From: Camelus ferus
Taxonomy: Eukaryota
Length of the DNA: 64,000 nt
Direction of reading: 5' to 3'
NCBI RefSeq assembly: GCF_009834535.1
Contig: NC_045696.1
Location: 29,142,001-29,206,000 of the forward strand
Under the pieces are notes generated by a model. That model had not been told where the DNA came from. It saw only the letters and a program-made list of their open reading frames with translations, and searched no databases. A program made the translations under genes and the position numbers. Of this stretch, positions 1-12,812 are shown piece after piece; the first letter of the stretch is position 1, and every line of letters begins with the position of its first letter.

Positions 1-106
1 TATAAGGATAAAAGCATCATAAAGAAATATTGGTTCAAATGGGTGCAAATGAGAGTAAAATTTTTATACATATTATCCATGCAAATTGTTTTTTACTAAA
101 TCTTGC

Positions 107-425
107 ACTAAATAAACTTATTTACAAAACAGAAACAGACTCACAGACATAGAAAACAAACTTATGGTTACCAAGGAGGCAGGGGGAGTGGAGGAATAAA
201 TTGGGAGTTTGGGACTTGCAGATACTATATACTATACATAAAATACATAAACAGCAAGGTTCTACTGTACAGCATAGGGAACTACATTCAAATTACATTC
301 AATATCTTGTAATAGCCTATAATGAAAAAGAATATGAAAAGAAATACATATGTACAACTGATTCACTATGCTGTACACCAGAAATTAACACAACATTGTA
401 AACTGACTATACTTCAATAAAAAAA
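107..425 (+). mobile_element. 5'-truncated young LINE-1 3' UTR with A-tail
   Basis: AAACTTATTTACAAAACAGAAACAGACTCACAGACATAGAAAACAAACTTATGGTTAC...CTATACTTCAATAAAAAAA; closely similar to the L1 3' UTR at 4635-4950, which follows an ORF2 C-terminus. Confidence 0.9.
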
Positions 426-1099
426 TAGTAATATTGCTTAAAAAACCACAAATTCTCTTTAAGAATCATAAAAGTAAAAATAATAGCATAGGGAAGCAGT
501 AAATGTTAGAGATTCTAGATAAAGGAAAATTAATGAGAAAATTTTCATAATTAGATATTATACAAATATATTTATTTATTTGTTTGTTTGTTTATATCAA
601 AGTGATAGATAAATTTAAAGCAATTTGAAGAGGATTCTGGAAAGATGACAGTTTGAATCCATATTCATATCCCTCCACTGCGAATTTCAAACCATCTGCC
701 TCTTCTGAGCCAAGCTAAGGCAGGGCCTGCAAGGCAGGTGTTGCAGAAATGTACATGAGAAGTTTGAAGTTTCTATCTGAGTCCTGAAGGAGAGAAACAT
801 TACTGAATCTCTTTCTTCTAACCAGGAGGAAGTACTACGGAATATTGCCACTGGCTCCTGGGGAGAGTTAAGATCACAAATCTATTGTACACTGGCAGAA
901 AGCTACCCTCTGCTAGAATTACTGTGTCTCTTTTACCTAGCCCCAGCATTATTGAAGAAGCTTTAAAAGAAGAACTAATTCTCTTCAATGCTGGAAAGTG
1001 GGAGCAAGGAGAAGGGTGAGAGCCTTATGACACCTCTATAAGATATTGGCAACAGGCAAGCCCACAGAAAAAGAGAACTCTACCACATGTGTCATCATT

Positions 1100-3425
1100 T
1101 AAGTAGTCCTGGGGTTAGGTTAGGTGCCAGTCTGAAATTTCCCAAGAATGTAACATGCAAAAGACATTCTCAAAAAGTTTTTGAAACAGAGCAGAAAAGA
1201 ACAAGAGACTTGGGCCAAAATAATATAAGCAATTAAGGAAACTAGAGAGCATTCAAATTAAATTTTATAGAAATTACAAAAAAATGCTTATTAAATGAAA
1301 ACAAATCAGCTGATGAATTGAAGAAGATTAAAATACAAATTAAAGATATGGAACGTTAAGTTCAAGACATACAATAAAGAATGGAACCAAAACAACCAAA
1401 TAAAAAAACATAAATTCTGACTCAGAGGATAGATATGAAAGACCAAATACAAGATAAATAAGAGAGTTTAATAGATAAGAAAAATATGGGGCAAAAAGAT
1501 ATAGTTTGGTTCTGCAAACTGAAAGGACTCATAGATTTCCAGTTGGGATTGATTTTTTTTAAAATAAGATATATCTTGATAAACTTTCTGAAACATATGT
1601 ATAAAGAGAATGTATTATAAACCTACAAACAGAAGGAATCTATGTAGAATAAAATTTCTACCCACACAACTCATCTGAGAAGATAAACTGAAACAAAACA
1701 GCAAAGTGAATAAGCACAGAAATCGTAACAGAGAAAAAGATAACTTTAAAGTTACATCTAAATGGGGCATAAGTATTGAAAGATTCTTGCAATGGGAAAA
1801 ATAGATAGCAATAAAAATGCTAATGCTACTTGAGAGCAAAGATACAAAATCAAGGAGAGCAAATTTTAGGGAAAGAAGAAAGAAAGCAATCCAATGTTTT
1901 TATAAGGGGGAAGAGGTAAAACAATAAAAGAGTTGAGATATGAAAATATTACAAATGTTTTATGTTATAGGGCAGTGAGAAAGAAAGGAAATGGGGAACA
2001 TATGAGAAAGAATATTGTGGGGAAATATGAAATTCCACTTTTATATATAAGTAAATAATTATTTATTTGATTCTAAACACTGGAAAGCAATCATTAACAA
2101 AGGGCAAGTAAAGAGGCAATTTCCCAAATTAACATAGGAAAATAAAAGGAAGAGTTACAATATTATTAGAACATATAAAACAGGGAAGAAAATAGAAACA
2201 ACAAAAATGAAATGAATCTTAATATTAATTTAAGTGGAAAGAATAATATCAAGCATATATCTTACTATCCTGAATTCTCCATTGAAACTTGAAGATTGTC
2301 ATACTGAAATTTTACTTAAAGCTTGAAATAAATGGATAAACAAAAGGATATTAAGTAAACATAAATATAAATTAGTATTATAATATTAATATCAGACAAG
2401 ATAGACTTTAACATTAAACAGCAAAAGAATACATAGAATATAATAATAATAATAAAAGTATACAGATGTATATGTTTGTACACATATGAAGAATGAGAGA
2501 TAAAAGGCAAAACCCTTTTCACAAATAATTTTGAAGCTAGAAATAGTAAAATCCAACCAAAATGAAAGGAAAATACAGGAAAAATATAATATATTTCCCA
2601 GATCAGTTAGAATTTATTACATCAGAATAAGTAAGGTCAAAAATGATTTAAAAATATAATCAAAAAATTGATTTAACATGCATGAAAACTTTATATATCT
2701 CAGCCAAAGAATCTATATATTATTTTGAATGACCACAGAGCATTTTGAAAAACAAATCTTGTTGCCCACCCAAATTCATTCAGTTAAATAAATGAGATTT
2801 ACAGACAATATTTTCTGAGAGCATTTCAATATGACTGAAAAAATTAAAATTCCCTGAATATAAGAAATTAAGAGACAACCCTTAATAGTCCTTAAATTAA
2901 GGGCAATATAAAAATGGAAATTATAAATTATCAAAGTAACAATATAAAAGAGAATGTCTCCTACAAAACTTGTGAGAAAAAGTATAAGCTGTGACTAGTT
3001 ATTATCATCATTAAATGTCTTTTTCATTAATGAAGAAAAATAATAAACTAAGTACTAATATTACAAATTTAAAAAGGGGACTATAAAGAGCTAAAACTCA
3101 CTTATGAATGTAGATGCTAATATTCTAAATAAAAGAATACCAAATATGATCCAGCCATATGTTTAAAAATGCTGTATTATAGCTTACAGATATTTATTAC
3201 TAGAAAGAGAAAAATGTTACAATATTAGAGAAATATGTCAATGCAAAATATACCAGTAACAAATAAAGAGCAAAACTACAGATTCTTACCAACAGATGAA
3301 GAGTAAACTGAAATATATGTCAGTTTATGATATATATAATAAATATATTCTAAATATAATAAGAATAAAAGAAAACAAAATTTAACTAAGAAAAGAAAAA
3401 TTCTGAAAACACTAGCAATTATAAA
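1100..3425 (+). mobile_element. Ancient, internally deleted LINE-1 (ORF1/ORF2 remnants)
   Basis: A-rich; ~2380-2420 translates IILISDKIDF (ORF2 endonuclease); ~3095-3170 resembles [23 protein letters not shown] at the RT start. Boundaries approximate. Confidence 0.75.
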
Positions 3426-3427
3426 TT

Positions 3428-3998
3428 TCTCTTACAGCCATGATGGAAAAACAGGGACCAAATTTACACACTAAACAATTAGAAAACTGGAATATGATAT
3501 ATGAAAATAATCACTTTCAGATCTTGGACGAGAGGCAGAACAAGGAAAGAAGTAAGATAAATAAGGTGGACACTACAATGGCCCCAGTTACAGCCTAGAG
3601 AAAGCATTCAGAATGCATTCAAGGATTAACTGAAACAGAGTCCAGTAGTCTCTGAGCTGAAAAGAGTGCATGGTTGGGGGAGCCAGGGAAGCTGGAGTCA
3701 GTGGATTGAAATATTGAAGAGGAGGGAGCTACACAAGGAATTCTGGGAAGCTACAAAACAATCATCTTGATTCTTTTGTGTGAGTATTGATTTGTGCATG
3801 TAAGAGAAGTAACTACCCAAAGGTGAGGAAAAAACCTCTGGAAAGGAATCACCAGAAAATCCCCATGTGTTACATAGGGTTTGTGCTCAAACCAGGCAGA
3901 ATAAAAAGACCTCTTAATAGACAGAACATCAAGGAAAAATCCTAGTAAGTATATTGCCTTGGTGGTGGAGCCAAATTAGCTCTATAATAAATGCTGTC
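3428..3998 (+). mobile_element. Old L1 5' UTR fragment (L1MC/L1MD-type)
   Basis: Starts CAGCCATGATGGAAAAACAGGGACC and ends GGAGCCAAATTAGCTCTA, resembling recalled L1MC/MD 5' ends. Confidence 0.5.
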
Positions 3999-4440
3999 TG
4001 ATTTATTTTATATGTTACTGGATTCTGTCTGCTAATATTTTGTTGAGGATTCTTGCATCTAGGTTCATCAATGGTATTGGCCTATAGTTTTCTTTTTTGG
4101 TAGTCTCTTTGTCTGGCTTTGGTATTAGAGTGATGGTGGCTTCATAGAATGAATTTGGGAGTATTCCCTCCTCTTCAACCTTTTGGAAGAGTTTGAGAAG
4201 AACTGGTATGAGCTCTTCTTTGTATGATAGTACTCCCTGGTGAAGTCATCTCATCCTGGACTTTTGTTTGCAGAGAATTTTTCATTGCTGATTCTATTTC
4301 ATTTCTAATGATTGATCTGTTCAAATGATCTATTTCTTCTTGATTTAGTTTTGGTGGACTGTACATTTCCAGAAACTTGTCCATTTCTTCTAAGTTGTCC
4401 AATTTATTGCCATATAGTTGTTCATAGTATTCTCTTATGA
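3999..4440 (-). mobile_element. Young LINE-1 ORF2 fragment (inverted part of a 5'-inverted L1)
   Basis: ORF 4175-4402 (-) reads MDNLEEMDKFLEMYSPPKLNQEEIDHLNRSI; the downstream minus-strand sequence reads [14 protein letters not shown]. Both are L1 ORF2 linker/RT-start motifs. Confidence 0.92.
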
Positions 4441-4950
4441 CTAGACGAAGAAGTTGTGGTATATTTATACAATGGAATACTACTTAGCCATAAAAAAGAA
4501 TGAAATAAATGTCATTTGCAGCAACATGGATGGACCTGGAGATTGCCATTCTAAGTGAAGTAAGCCAGAAAGAGAAAGAAAAATACCACATGATATTACT
4601 AATATGCAGAATCTTAAAAAAAAAAAAAAAGACAAACTTATTTACAAAACAGAAACAGACTTACAGACATAGAAAACAAACTTATGGTTACGAGGGGGAG
4701 AAGGGGGTGGGAAGGGATAAATTGGGAGCTCAAGATTTGCAGATACTAACTAATACATATAAAATAGATAACCAACAAGTTCATACTGTATATATAGCAC
4801 AGGGAACTATATTCAATATCTTGTAGTAACCTACGGTGAAAAAGAATATGAAAGTGAGTATGTGTATGCTCATATATGACTGAAGCATTATGCTGTACAC
4901 CAGAATTTGACACAACATTGTAAACCGACTATACAATAAAAAAAAAAAAT
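4441..4950 (+). mobile_element. Young LINE-1 ORF2 C-terminus, 3' UTR and poly(A)
   Basis: KLWYIYTMEYY then MSFAATWMDLEIAILSEVSQKEKEKYHMI (ORF2 end), then 3' UTR and AATAAAAAAAAAAAAA at ~4936-4949, followed by (AT)n. Confidence 0.93.
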
Positions 4951-4964
4951 ATATATATATATAT

Positions 4965-6240
4965 AAATAGATGATCTTGGCTATACAACTTTTAAACATT
5001 TTAATGTTATTAGTCAAACTGATACATTTAGGGGAAAATTACAATTGGGATAATGAGTTTAGCTCTTTAAAAATATGGAGAAAAACTTTATAGAAAATTA
5101 AATTAAAAATGTACAAAATAACAAAATATATTAAAAGATGCTCAAGTAACAATAATAAGGAGATTAAAAATTTCACTAAAATTAGGTAATATTTAACACT
5201 CATTTTTTTTTAGAAAAAGCAATTAAAAGAGTGCTAACACATTACTGGTGCAGATGTTGGGGAAAAGGTTTTATCATAAATAGTTGACAGAAGTGTTAAA
5301 TTTCACAACCTTTTTTGGAAAGCAATGTGGCGATATGTATCAAAATTTAAAAGACACACACCCTTCAGTCCTGCAGGAGTAATGATAATGACAGCACTTG
5401 GATGAAGCTTATTTTGTGTCACTCATTTACTCTAATCACTTTATGTAATTGGCTCATTTAAATCTCATAGCAGTTCTCTGACGGATTTACTACTATTAGT
5501 CCATTTTACAGATAAGAGAATTGAGGCCGAAAAATGATAAACAACTTGTCTGAGAAAATGCCAAAGGGGGTTTGAAAGCAGGGAACCTGCAGGAATGAAG
5601 AGTCGTGCTTTTAAAACCTTCATAGCTTTGCTTATATTTCACTTGTAGGAATCTACTCATAGAAAGAAAAGTGAGTATTTAGTAAATCACTGTTGTTAAG
5701 CAGAATTGATGCTGTGAAGTGGTATCTATTGGAGAATAATCAAAGTCTGAACAAAGAAAATAAAATAAATGTTCATTAATAAGGGAGTGTTGAAAATGCA
5801 TAGTACATCTAGAACATGGAAAGTTATAGAACCATTGGTTAACATGATTTATAACAATAATTGCTGTTTTGGAAGGATTTGCACAAGGTATTTGTTGGGG
5901 GAAAGAAGGAAGATATAGAGACTGAGTTTATTATGATTCCATTGTTTTAAAAGATAATAGTAAGAAAATGCATAGAGATAGATTATGATGATAGAAAGAA
6001 TAGAAAGACAGAAAGACAAAACATGAAAGACAGAAAGAAGGTGGGGAGGGAGGACAGGCAGAAAGGAGGCAGGGAAGAGGGAAAAACATACAGCAGAGAG
6101 AGAAAAATGAAAAGCTCTATCAACATGTTATTCCTGGGAGATCTGGAGAGAAGAGAATGATCAAGCACATAAGAAAAAATAGAATTGTTCAAAATTCGCT
6201 ACTGTATGTGGCATGATCCCATTCGTGTAAAATGACATGT
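4965..6240 (+). mobile_element. Ancient L1ME-type 3' region, split by a MIR
   Basis: TTTTGGAAAGCAATGTGGCGATATGTATCAAAATTT...CCCTTCAGTCCTGCA resumes as ATTTCACTTGTAGGAATCTA after 5635. Confidence 0.65.
5380..5630 (-). mobile_element. MIR SINE nested in old L1
   Basis: CCATTTTACAGATAAGAGAATTGAGGC core plus CTCATTTAAATCTCATAGCAG, matching the MIR reverse complement. Confidence 0.75.
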
Positions 6241-7042
6241 ATTATCACACTAATATATTAATATGATTTAACTATACAGTCAAAGAAGAGAGTCTTTTAA
6301 CTATTAAGGAAGTCATCATTTAACCAGAAGCTTATTTTAAAAGTCCACCAAAAATGAATGCCCCAATATCATTAGCATACAAACTGTGTGTATATTTAAG
6401 AAAACCGATATAATCTTGTCAATATAAGTAAACAATGGTCAATTATCCCAACTCCAAATTAACGATATAAAATACCAGCAAAACACTCCAGCTAGTGGAT
6501 CTGACTCTGATATACGCCTTTGCAGGAAAATATAGACAGTTCAATCTTGTATATGGTTCTTAACAATAAATGATCAGTATTTCAGAAGAGTAAAAGAGTG
6601 TCTCGGCAACATCCCTGTAGAATCTTCCTAATGTCCTTGTGCCATTTGTTGAGGGACTCATGTGTTCCACTTTCTTGAAGATTTATGTGCCAGAATGCGA
6701 TGTGTGCTTATAAACAGAGTAAAGGGAGAGGTGTTTTGAAATTCCCATAGGAGCTAAATTCTTCCCTGTAAATAGAGTTTTTTTCTTTGTACCTTTAGAG
6801 AGGCATCTTATGTGACAGCTGAAAATTATTTCTGAACTCATAAAAAGGTCGTCACTAGAGAGATAACTTATCGGACACCCAGGGCAGTTGACAAGCTTAT
6901 CCACTCTGCTGTTAAAGCCAAAACCATTTGAGGGATTGACACACTTTGATGCTTCTTGCTACCTAGTAACATGGGATTTAAGTTTAGTGGGAGAGATTTA
7001 TAGCTACACCACAGCGAAGTCCTGGTCATCTCAGGTGATGAA

Positions 7043-7320
7043 AAGTATAGTGTGGTAGAAAAGACTAGAGCTCTAGAAACTAAAAGACCTGTCATGACCA
7101 GTAAACCCCTTCTGCGGCCTTGGCTCAGCCAGTTAGCTTCCTTGTACCTTGTTTTCTTTACTGTATAAATGAGGGCTTTGTAACATCCACATTTCACTGA
7201 CGGAATTTTAGTTAAGAGAAAAACTGGGTCTCTCAGGATGTTAATGGCAGCATCAAGCCAAATCAATTTAGGAAGTGCTATTGATCTGATGAGCATCATG
7301 GTATGAAACACTGTGTGAAG
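7043..7320 (+). mobile_element. MIR SINE
   Basis: GTATAGTGTGGTAGAAAAGACTAGAGCTCTAG...CCTTGTTTTCTTTACTGTATAAATGAGGG core-like. Confidence 0.6.
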
Positions 7321-8839
7321 TCATGTATCAGATAAATCAGTTTAAATGGTTTAATTCCAAAACCTGTTTCTGTTTTTATTTTTTGCTTAGAACTTTGAGA
7401 CTTCACAGAATATAATTTGTGAAATAATGTGCTACATGATATTTAATATCCCTTCCAGGCATAAATGTATATGATTTATTAAATTAGTCATTCGAACTGA
7501 GTAGAAATATCCTATCACCATTATTTTTTCATCAGAAACTGGACATAATTTTTCACATTTAGCAATGGTCTGAAATAATATAGACTAAGCAAGAGAGCAC
7601 GTTCTCTCTCACAAAAAAACAGAAAAAGAACAGTTTTCTGCGTGCAACTTTTTTTTCCTGCTCATCTACTCACCAATTTCACTTAACATTTATTTTTTGT
7701 ACATAAACACATTTCCTAGTATAACATAGTAGTATGGCTACCAAAAATATTCATTATATTCCATTAAGTAGTGATACAGTTAAAATACTTTTTCAAAATT
7801 CATATAAATTATCTATTTGAATCTGTTGCTGAGAGTTATAGAACTATAGCGATGTTCCTCACCCATCCAATTAAAAATGATAGATTTTTTAAACATAAAT
7901 GGTTCCAAAGCAGTGCTCACAGGTATAGTGAATATGTAAGAATCTTGAATTAATTATTTTCCTGCCCTCTTGAAATATGCCTGAGCCCAGAAGATCCTGC
8001 CATGAAAGGAACTTACTTAATTTACACCAACTTTAAAATAATCTGGTTGTGGCAAAGCATGACCAGACAGCTGCCTGCAGCCATAGTCCTACATTCAGTT
8101 TATGTTTAATGAACTATTTTGGTTATAAATGAGTATAGCTCAGCTCCCCCAGACCTGTGCTATCTTGAGCAGCTTCCAAGGCTTTGGGAATTTAAGCAAA
8201 GAATATAGTAAGAGGCAGAAAAAAATAAATGGTTCTCAATAATTACCACCTTTGGCACCAAACAAAAGGGTTGGGTAGGCATTGCTGAGCTGACTCGACT
8301 CTGCAGAAAGCATGCGCACCCAGAGTCAGGGCAACATACAGCACTTCTCAAGTTTCACATTTTCCTTCTGTTTTCTGCTCTGTTAAGTTTTTATTTAAAT
8401 GCAGAGATCTGACTGGAACATCAGAGAATTGCTTTCCATGGAGTGGATATCCAATTATTATGACAATAGTCAGCAAAGAAAAATTAATTTCATGTGAAAA
8501 GTGACAAAGCTCAAACAAAATGTGACCTTGAATACAGATGTATTAATATTGGGGAAAGAAAATGCCCTTTCTTCCCACTCAGATATTAGCTTAGTTACAC
8601 AAGGAATGTGCTTTCTGGTAAATTATTTTAAATTTTAAATATTTTAAAAATATTTGGGTACCTTATTTTTCACATCAAACCTGAAAATTATTCATAAAAA
8701 TATGGACAACTGTAATGATGTTATTACAGTCCTAGCCCATACTGGATATTTCCCATGCCATTTAAAAGTCTTTTTTAGTTAGGGAATGAAAGTGTATCAT
8801 CATATGTATAAGCACAATTTCTCCTAGGAAGAGGAAGAA

Positions 8840-9700
8840 GGAAAGCTGGTGCAAATGAAAAGGGGTAGAAGGGAGGAGCAAGATCATATGAAGAACTGTT
8901 AGCAATATTTAGGGGGTTTGTTTTTATTCTATTGGCATTAAGCCACTGCAGAACTTATAAACAAGGTAACATTATATAATTTACCAGATGTAGAAATCAC
9001 TTGGAAAATGGATGCTAGAGCAGAGTGGGATGATGGTTTCTTGCACTAGTGTAATAGGGAGGAACAAATCTGATCCATATTAGATCTGTTCCTTTACCTC
9101 TAACCCTGTGCTCTGTTTCCTGTGCTTTGTCACACTGGTTCTGTACCTTTTATAAAAGAATGTTGCCTTTAACCTGAAATATACAGGGTATCCCATTCTC
9201 AAGGCACTGACCTTTAAGGGTATAACACGTTTCCATTCGTAGAGAGATTAAAAAGTAGCAGAATAGAGAATAACCTCTGTCTTATTGGAGGTTTACAGGA
9301 ACATTGTGACCCCACCTAGGTGGACAGCTGCAAGAACAAAGGATTCTGACTCCAAGAAGTTGGCAACAACCAGCCTCACTGCCTCCCCTTTTTAGTATAA
9401 AAGGAGCCTGAATTCTAACATAGATAAGATGGTTCTCTAGGATATTAGTCTGCCATCTTCTAGGTCTGCTGGCTTTCCAGATAAAGTCATTATTCCTTGC
9501 CCCAGTACCTCATCTCCTGATATACTGGCCTGTCCTGCAGTGAGCAGAATGAGTTTGGACTTGGTAACACTAGCACAGAAATATTAGAAATTAGGGAAGT
9601 AAAGAAATTCAGAATGTATTTTTAATGGTACTGAAAGATTTGCCCATGGATTGGATATTGAGGAGGGAAGAATCAGTTTTGTTGATCAATTATGATACCT
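8840..9700 (-). mobile_element. L2 fragment interrupted by a solo LTR
   Basis: L2-like motifs (AGATCATATGAAG, AGCCACTGCAGAAC, GATGATGGTTTCTTGCACTAG | ...GATTTGCCCATGGATTGGATATT) on both sides of the LTR. Confidence 0.6.
9050..9569 (+). mobile_element. ERV1-class solo LTR with 4-bp TSD
   Basis: Begins TGTAATAGG and ends GGTAACA; CTAG on both sides (9046-9049, 9570-9573); TATA-like AGTATAAAAGG at ~9394; degenerate poly(A) signal GATAAA at ~9480. Confidence 0.9.
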
Positions 9701-12608
9701 TGGACCATTTCCTGTTAGATTCGGGGACAATATGGTGTTGAGGGGAATTATTGGGCTGATAGACTTAGAAACAGTTGTAACATTCTTAGTTCTTTCTCTG
9801 AAAAGTTGTGAATGCTCCTTACTTCTGTATCCCTCTATAAAATGACCTTCATGTTCCCTTCCTACTTGAGAATGCTATGAGTGTTACACTTTGCAATCTA
9901 TGTTACTGCTCATTGTTTTCATGCAACTCCTTTCTCTGTCTTAATTGCATTATGCTACACTTGTTCCTATTGAATGTCAGTTCCATTTGTTTTTCATAAC
10001 TTCACCAATTTATCAAAGTCAACTGAATCCAATCTTACCCTCTCAAGGTGTTGACCTTCCCTTTTCATCTTTTTGTTCTCATGTGTGCTCCTAATGAGGT
10101 AAATTTTCTCCTCTATCATTTAGATTCTGGATTCTTCTTTCAGTATTAACCTCCACAATTCACTTGCGTTTCCCGTAGCCCATTGATAATCATGTTTTTA
10201 AAATCTTTTGCTTCCTATTGGTGTTCTGTATAAAATGGTTTTAGCTTTTAAGACAAAAGATAAAGTTATGCTTACAAAAGATACATTTCAATCCATTTTT
10301 TCCACAATTTCCTATATTTAACACCCTGTATTCAGGATAGGATTTATTAAATTTCAGAAGCAGAAACTTAAGGCTTCATGCTGTAAATTCTGCCCATATG
10401 AACACATATTTTGCATTGTAGTAAATCTTTTAGATGTAAAAAGTAAATTGTCAAGTATGTAATTTCTAGTCCTACAGGTAACCAGCATAGATAGGATGAC
10501 TTAAAATCAAACATATAAAATATGTATTAAAATCATAAAGTATTATATATTAAATACGTATTCACAATATATATTATTAAAATATATTTCACCGTATCAC
10601 TTCTCATGTTGTTTTGACTATTTTCCCTTTGCCTGCTTTTGTTCAATGTTCTTTTTTTGATAAATGTAGGAGTAAAGAGAAAAAGCAAGCATTAAAATGT
10701 CCATTTTTCAGTGGATTTAGTGTATTCATTCTCATTTTTCATCTTTCATATACAATACAAATACATGTATTGTCAGTATTAGGAATATAATCTAATGTAT
10801 AATGCCTTTCACTATGTCAAATACATGACCTTTAAATAATAAGTATTTTAATCTTGCACACTCCAATCTGCAGAGAATAAATGTCTAATTACATGGGGAA
10901 AATAATTAAAAATAAGACTGACCTTTCTCTATGATTGCATATTGTATGTTTTTAATTAGAAAAAAGTTAATATAAACCTGTGAACACAGATAATCATTTT
11001 AAAATATCAGTGTGTGTCCAACTTAATATGGTTTACTTTTCTGGATCAATGACTGCTTTTTATTCATTAATGCTAATATATCAAATTTTGTAAGAGTATG
11101 ACATTTTATAGCAGTGAGCAATTCCTTTATTTGTTTTTGTAAAATTAAACATGGAATATTTAGCCTTAAATGCTAAAGAAACCTACTAATTCACCTAAAA
11201 ATACACTAACAGCATGAAGTAACACAGCCCAGGATGCAGTTTTCCTCATGATTCTTAGACACATTATATGAAAGTTTATTTTCAAGCTTACTTAAAATTC
11301 CTCTACCAATCTGTGCCCTAAATAGTATATACATAAAATACCTTATAAATTCATGTGTTTGCCCTTAAAGTATGTAGCTTGCCTGTAGTAATGATTTAAC
11401 TACTTATGTGTGTATCGAATCATCATATTGAACACTTTAAAGATATACAATTTTTATTTTAAAAACTAAAATGCTTTCCAAAAATTGCCCTAATAGAAAA
11501 TGTATATTATTTAAAATAGGAAATATAAACTCTTCCAATGTCAGACTCAATCTTACATTTTTTTAGGCAAATAAAATAATATGATAGATGCATCAACTCA
11601 ACTTCAATAAAAAAAAAGATAAATATATATTACGTGACTATAACAGCAATGCTTTTTCTGATAAATATCTTTAACCTAACTAAAAGCAAAGAGCCTTCGT
11701 ATTTTTCCACCCTTGAGTCACTAAGTTTATTTCCTTTTCCTTATGTTTCTATCTTCTAGAAACAGAAACCTTCGAATTTATCAATGGAATAAAACAGGGT
11801 AGCAGTAGGGCATTATAACATGACTACAACAAACCACAAGACAGGAAATGTGTAAAAATTCTAATGAATTTTAAATTATTTTAATTAGATCTTAATATGA
11901 CATCAATCACTAATATTGGGAATATGCTCAAAATAACAGCATGTCAAATACTGTACCCACAGCTCAGAGGCACTTTAGGACAATTCCTATGACCGGAATT
12001 TTCTTATGTATATGATAACAAATGTCTCAATTTTGTGACAGGTTTTATAAATTATTTTGGCTGTATAAAACCATGCCTGTCACTCTCAAAATACCAACAT
12101 ATGAAGCATTATTTTAATCAAGTGAAGACTCCATCATCAAAAACCTTGAAATAAATACTTGAAGAATGTATTTTTAAAAAGCAGGCATTCAGCAATAAGT
12201 CAATTGGTCCTAGAAAGTGTAATGGCTGTCTTTATGAAAAGTCATTCATCTTAACAAGGAATGCCATCAGAAGTTGAAAGCAGTGATCATATAAAATTAC
12301 GAAACAATTACGGAAGAAAATTATTTTGGGTGACATAATTATATGTGTCCTTCTATGCTCATCATCATTTGAGTCACTTACTTGAAAATAGAACTTTGTT
12401 GCTCCATCAAATATTAAAGAAAAAGTATTAAAAGGTTTCCATGGCATATAGTTCAAACTCTTATCACTTATTAAAATTTATATTGGTGACAGTTGTTGTA
12501 TCTTCCTCAATAATGTTTGATATGTTAATTAGAAAAGTATCTGTATAATTTTAGTAAGATATTAAGAAAAACAGGAAGGTCAAAAGGTCGATGGAATAGT
12601 CTCTATCT

Positions 12609-12812
12609 GTGCTATCCAACATGACAGCCATTATCAAAACTATTGAAATTAAAGTTAAAATAATTTAAATTAATGAAAGTTAAAATGAATCCCTTGGTTG
12701 CACTACCAATATTTAAAGTGATCAATAGCCACATGCTGCTACAGTCTACAGTACTGACTGTGTGGATATAGATTATCCCCATTATTGAAGAACATTCTAT
12801 TGGATAGCGTCA
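12609..12812 (-). mobile_element. MER3-type hAT-Charlie MITE
   Basis: GTGCTATCCAACATGACAGCC...ATTTAAAGTGATCAATAGCCACATG...TTCTATTGGATAGCG; the termini are inverted repeats (GCTATCCAA/TTGGATAGC). Confidence 0.8.

Noticed and set aside
95..440. Possible TSD of the first L1 (TACTAAATCTTGC / TAGTAATATTGC)
   Set aside because: Too many differences for a young element; not claimed.
6868..7311. 147-aa minus-strand ORF
   Set aside because: Overlaps a MIR, has no recognisable domain and starts at a non-ATG codon; a chance ORF.
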